Below, in pieces: positions 37,299 to 40,710 of a DNA stretch of 40,710 bases (position 1 is its first letter; each line of letters begins with the position of its first letter). The position numbers were made by a program, and so were the translations under genes. The notes beneath the pieces are model-generated. The model saw nothing but the letters and a program-made list of their open reading frames with translations. It was not told the DNA's origin and did no database searches. Location: positions 36,945,093 through 36,985,802 of the forward strand of contig NC_068998.1 of assembly GCF_001194135.2 (NCBI RefSeq), written 5' to 3'. Source of the DNA: Octopus bimaculoides. Taxonomy: Eukaryota.

Positions 37299-37920
37299 GA
37301 TAAAATATGAACATAAAACACACATATGAGTTGAAGGTTCACTACATCTGTTTCAGACGCATTTTTTTATTGATGAAACTATCGATTACATAATGAAGAA
37401 AACGTTTTCTTCAGAAGATTAAAAATTTGGTTCGGAGAAAAAATGCCACAGGATGTGGATTGAGTCTCTCAGTTAGGAATCATTGAAGGGAGTGAAAACA
37501 CATCGACGTTTAGCTAGATGTAACCGGTTGTGATATCAGTAGTCAATGGGCTATAAAACAGTTACCGGACAGGGCCACAACTAATTTCTTTCTTCAAACA
37601 GAACGAGACATGTAACTAGATATATATTTATAAAAATAGGAAGAAGATAGAGAGAAACAATACAGAAGAGAGGGAAAGGAGGATGGAATAAGAGTTAGCA
37701 ACGTAATATTGCCAAGGTGAACGTTCAAACGACAAAACAACTACCTCTACTCCCCACCCACAATCGAATCGAAAAGAGAACGTACATGATAACACATACT
37801 TACATACAATCGTACGAGTCACACCTACATGTATTTTTATACAGCTGCATATATGTACACCCACACACACACACATATATAATTTATTAATATATTAATA
37901 TATTATTTATCGACAGAACT

Positions 37921-38135
37921 AGGGTGGTGAGCTGGCAGAGTCATTAGTACGACGGATAAAATGCTTAGCGCCATTTCGTCCGTCCTTACGATCTGACTTC
38001 AAATTACGAGGTGGACATTGCCTGTCGACTTTTCAGGGTCGATAAAATAAGTATCAGTTGGACACTGGGGTCGATGTAGTCGACTTACCTTTACCCTCGA
38101 AACTGCTGGTCTTGTACCTAACTTTGAAATCATTA
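37921..38135 (+). mobile_element. SINE family B, degraded
   Basis: gggtggtgagctggcagagtcattag...ggtcgataaaataagtatcagttggacactggggtcgatgtagtcgactt. Confidence 0.85.
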
Positions 38136-38208
38136 AGCGACAGAACTTACAGTGTGACTCAAGTGTTGAAATTTTCGTTCATTCGTACTTATCAAACATC
38201 TCTCTCGC

Positions 38209-38239
<31 letters not shown>

Positions 38240-38737
38240 GCATCATATTTGTCTGTATGTGTGTGTGTGGGGGGGTGTCTTAATCTGTCTGCCTGCCTAA
38301 GTTTCAGTCTATCAACTTGTCTGCCTACCTTCCAGTATGTTTATCTATCTCCTCAACAACTGACAAAACACAGAACGTGTTTTTCTCATAACGTTGCCAC
38401 ACTATACTAGACTCCAACAGTATCCTTTTCACCATGGACTTCTAAATTTCCTCTCTTAAATTTGGTACACGTATTTATCTGATGCTACACTGATTTATCT
38501 GATGTTTATTTCAAAACCGCACTCGAATGATGGTTCAGAATCTCACACAACAACTTGTCGCACCAAAATAAGCAAGTTCTTCTAAAGTCTAACACTTAAA
38601 AGCTATATTATGTTGATTTTTTTGCATAAACTAAGATTAACCCTGAAGTTTATACATAAATTACGAAAAATAATTAAATTTACAATTTGCGTGTATTAAC
38701 GTCAAACGGTAATAGTCAATTCTGGGTTTCATCCCAG

Positions 38738-38868
38738 GAGTGGGGTGCAACCGTTCACGCGAACAGCTCAACCTGGAAGGAAATGCACTGCCAAATGTTT
38801 GATATAATTAAAATATCTGTCGACTCTACCCAACGATTTGAGTTTATATCAGATAATGTTCGCACTAG
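38738..38868 (+). CDS. Candidate 131-nt exon (unknown gene)
   Basis: gggtttcatcccag| acceptor and TAG|GTAAGC donor; only one frame open, EWGATVHANSSTWKEMHCQMFDIIKISVDSTQRFEFISDNVRT. Confidence 0.25.
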
Positions 38869-39238
38869 GTAAGCATATATTTTTGTTTACTTTACAACAT
38901 TTACATGACGATATGCATACATGTATAGTGGGAGTTGCCATGTGCATTCGTGAAAACTTCACGTTCCATTTCATTTTGTCATACTCACACACGTGCGTGA
39001 AACACTAACTGTACATATATGACAACTCGATATAGTTATATGTACCACTTATCACCCACCAGATGCTCCATGACACATAGGTCTATTCAAAGACTGTCTT
39101 GCAAACAGAACTCTTAAAGAGTTGTAATGGCTGGAACGCCTTTGATCAGCTAAAGGTTAAGGAACAGCAATTAGCTTAGGTTTTCATGTAGTTATTTCTT
39201 TTATCTGGATCTAGCTTAAATTAAATATCGTTTTGAAC

Positions 39239-39472
39239 CAGTGGTTCTCAACCGGAATCGCTATAAGATTTTGTTGCTAAATTTACTGCTAATAAATTAG
39301 TTGTATTCTATTATACACAATATGTTTTAACAATCTTTTTTATACAATTCCTAATAATATTTTATTATAAAAGCATAATAGGATTTTAAAACATCGCATA
39401 AGTTTGGGGCTCTGTCAGGGTAAAACAGAAATCAATGGGAGTCCATAGGCAAAACTTGGTTGGAAAACACTG
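39239..39472. mobile_element. hAT (Charlie-like) MITE
   Basis: TIRs CAGTGGTTCTCAACC / GGTTGGAAAACACTG; flanks TTTTGAAC and TTTTAGAT look like a decayed 8-bp TSD (5/8 identical). Confidence 0.75.
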
Positions 39473-39558
39473 TTTTAGATCACAGTTATACATCACAGAC
39501 AGACTATTTTGAGCTCAGTACTGCATGTTGACGAAAACATTATCTAATGTTAGATGGC

Positions 39559-39617
<59 letters not shown>

Positions 39618-40297
39618 TGTGAGAGAGGCGGGGGAGAGAGGCGGGGNNNNNNNNNNNNNNNNNNNNNNNNNNNNNNNNNNNNNNNNNNNNNNNNNNNNNN
39701 NNNNNNNNNNNNNNNNNNNNNNNNNNNNNNNNNNNNNNNNNNNNNNNNNNNNNNNNNNNNNNNNNNNNNNNNNNNNNNNNNNNNNNNNNNNNNNNNNNNN
39801 NNNNNNNNNNNNNNNNNNNNNNNNNNNNNNNNNNNNNNNNNNNNNNNNNNNNNNNNNNNNNNNNNNNNNNNNNNNNNNNNNNNNNNNNNNNNNNNNNNNN
39901 NNNNNNNNNNNNNNNNNNNNNNNNNNNNNNNNNNNNNNNNNNNNNNNNNNNNNNNNNNNNNNNNNNNNNNNNNNNNNNNNNNNNNNNNNNNNNNNNNNNN
40001 NNNNNNNNNNNNNNNNNNNNNNNNNNNNNNNNNNNNNNNNNNNNNNNNNNNNNNNNNNNNNNNNNNNNNNNNNNNNNNNNNNNNNNNNNNNNNNNNNNAT
40101 ACATACATACATACATCATGCACACACACACACATGTATGCATATATTTGAACATATATAAATGTATAAATATATGTGCCTTTGCTTATATACATACATG
40201 CATACACATATGTATACACAGATATGTATACACACATATGTATACACACATGCACATATACATACATACACACATACACATAGACAGACAGGCTGAC

Positions 40298-40330
<33 letters not shown>

Positions 40331-40710
40331 TGTATGCCTCTATACGTGAGCACAAATTACACAGATATTGTAAATATGCATATTTAAATACACACCTTTA
40401 CAAATGGTCAGGTTTGCGTAAGTAAATGGATACCGAGTTACGTAAGTAGGAATATACACCTGCTTCTATGTATACCTGATTTAAATCATCTCATACGCAC
40501 ACATAATTAGATATATCGTGATTATTAAGACATATACAATTATATTATCTGCATGTGTGTATGTGTACAATTAGATGAGGGTTTCTGACAAACCAAACAC
40601 ACACACACACACACACACACACTCTTACACACACATATAAATATATACATACACGCACACAAATACACACAGATGCAGGTATGCGTAAGGCCAGAGTATA
40701 TATATATATA

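Noticed and set aside
37394-37413. Perfect 20-bp palindrome TGAAGAAAACGTTTTCTTCA
   Set aside because: Isolated and low complexity, with no associated element.

Overview
AT-rich eukaryotic scaffold sequence, mostly intronic or intergenic, dense in microsatellites and broken by 13 N-gaps (2097-2743, 3635-3899, 9227-9236, 11535-11680, 15548-15926, 16760-17704, 22915-22924, 27660-27669, 29227-29809, 31249-31798, 35551-36287, 37114-37235, 39647-40098). The SINE families and the microsatellite load look like an Octopus genome; this is recognition from memory, not a search. Nearly all listed ORFs are artefacts of microsatellites or gaps. Supported content: about 17 SINE copies from three tRNA-derived families, four RTE LINE relics (one ending in three C2H2 fingers, one bipartite 5'UTR+3' end), a CR1/L2-like RT relic, one full-length decayed Tc1/mariner element with TIRs, a mariner 5' fragment, a Tigger/pogo deletion derivative, two hAT MITEs, a roughly 390 bp foldback and a Helitron-like tandem pair. 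No host gene can be named. The best non-repeat signal is a candidate recursive splice site with a 35-nt RS-exon at 14083-14152. Three weak candidate + strand exons and a decayed death-domain-like reading frame also occur.
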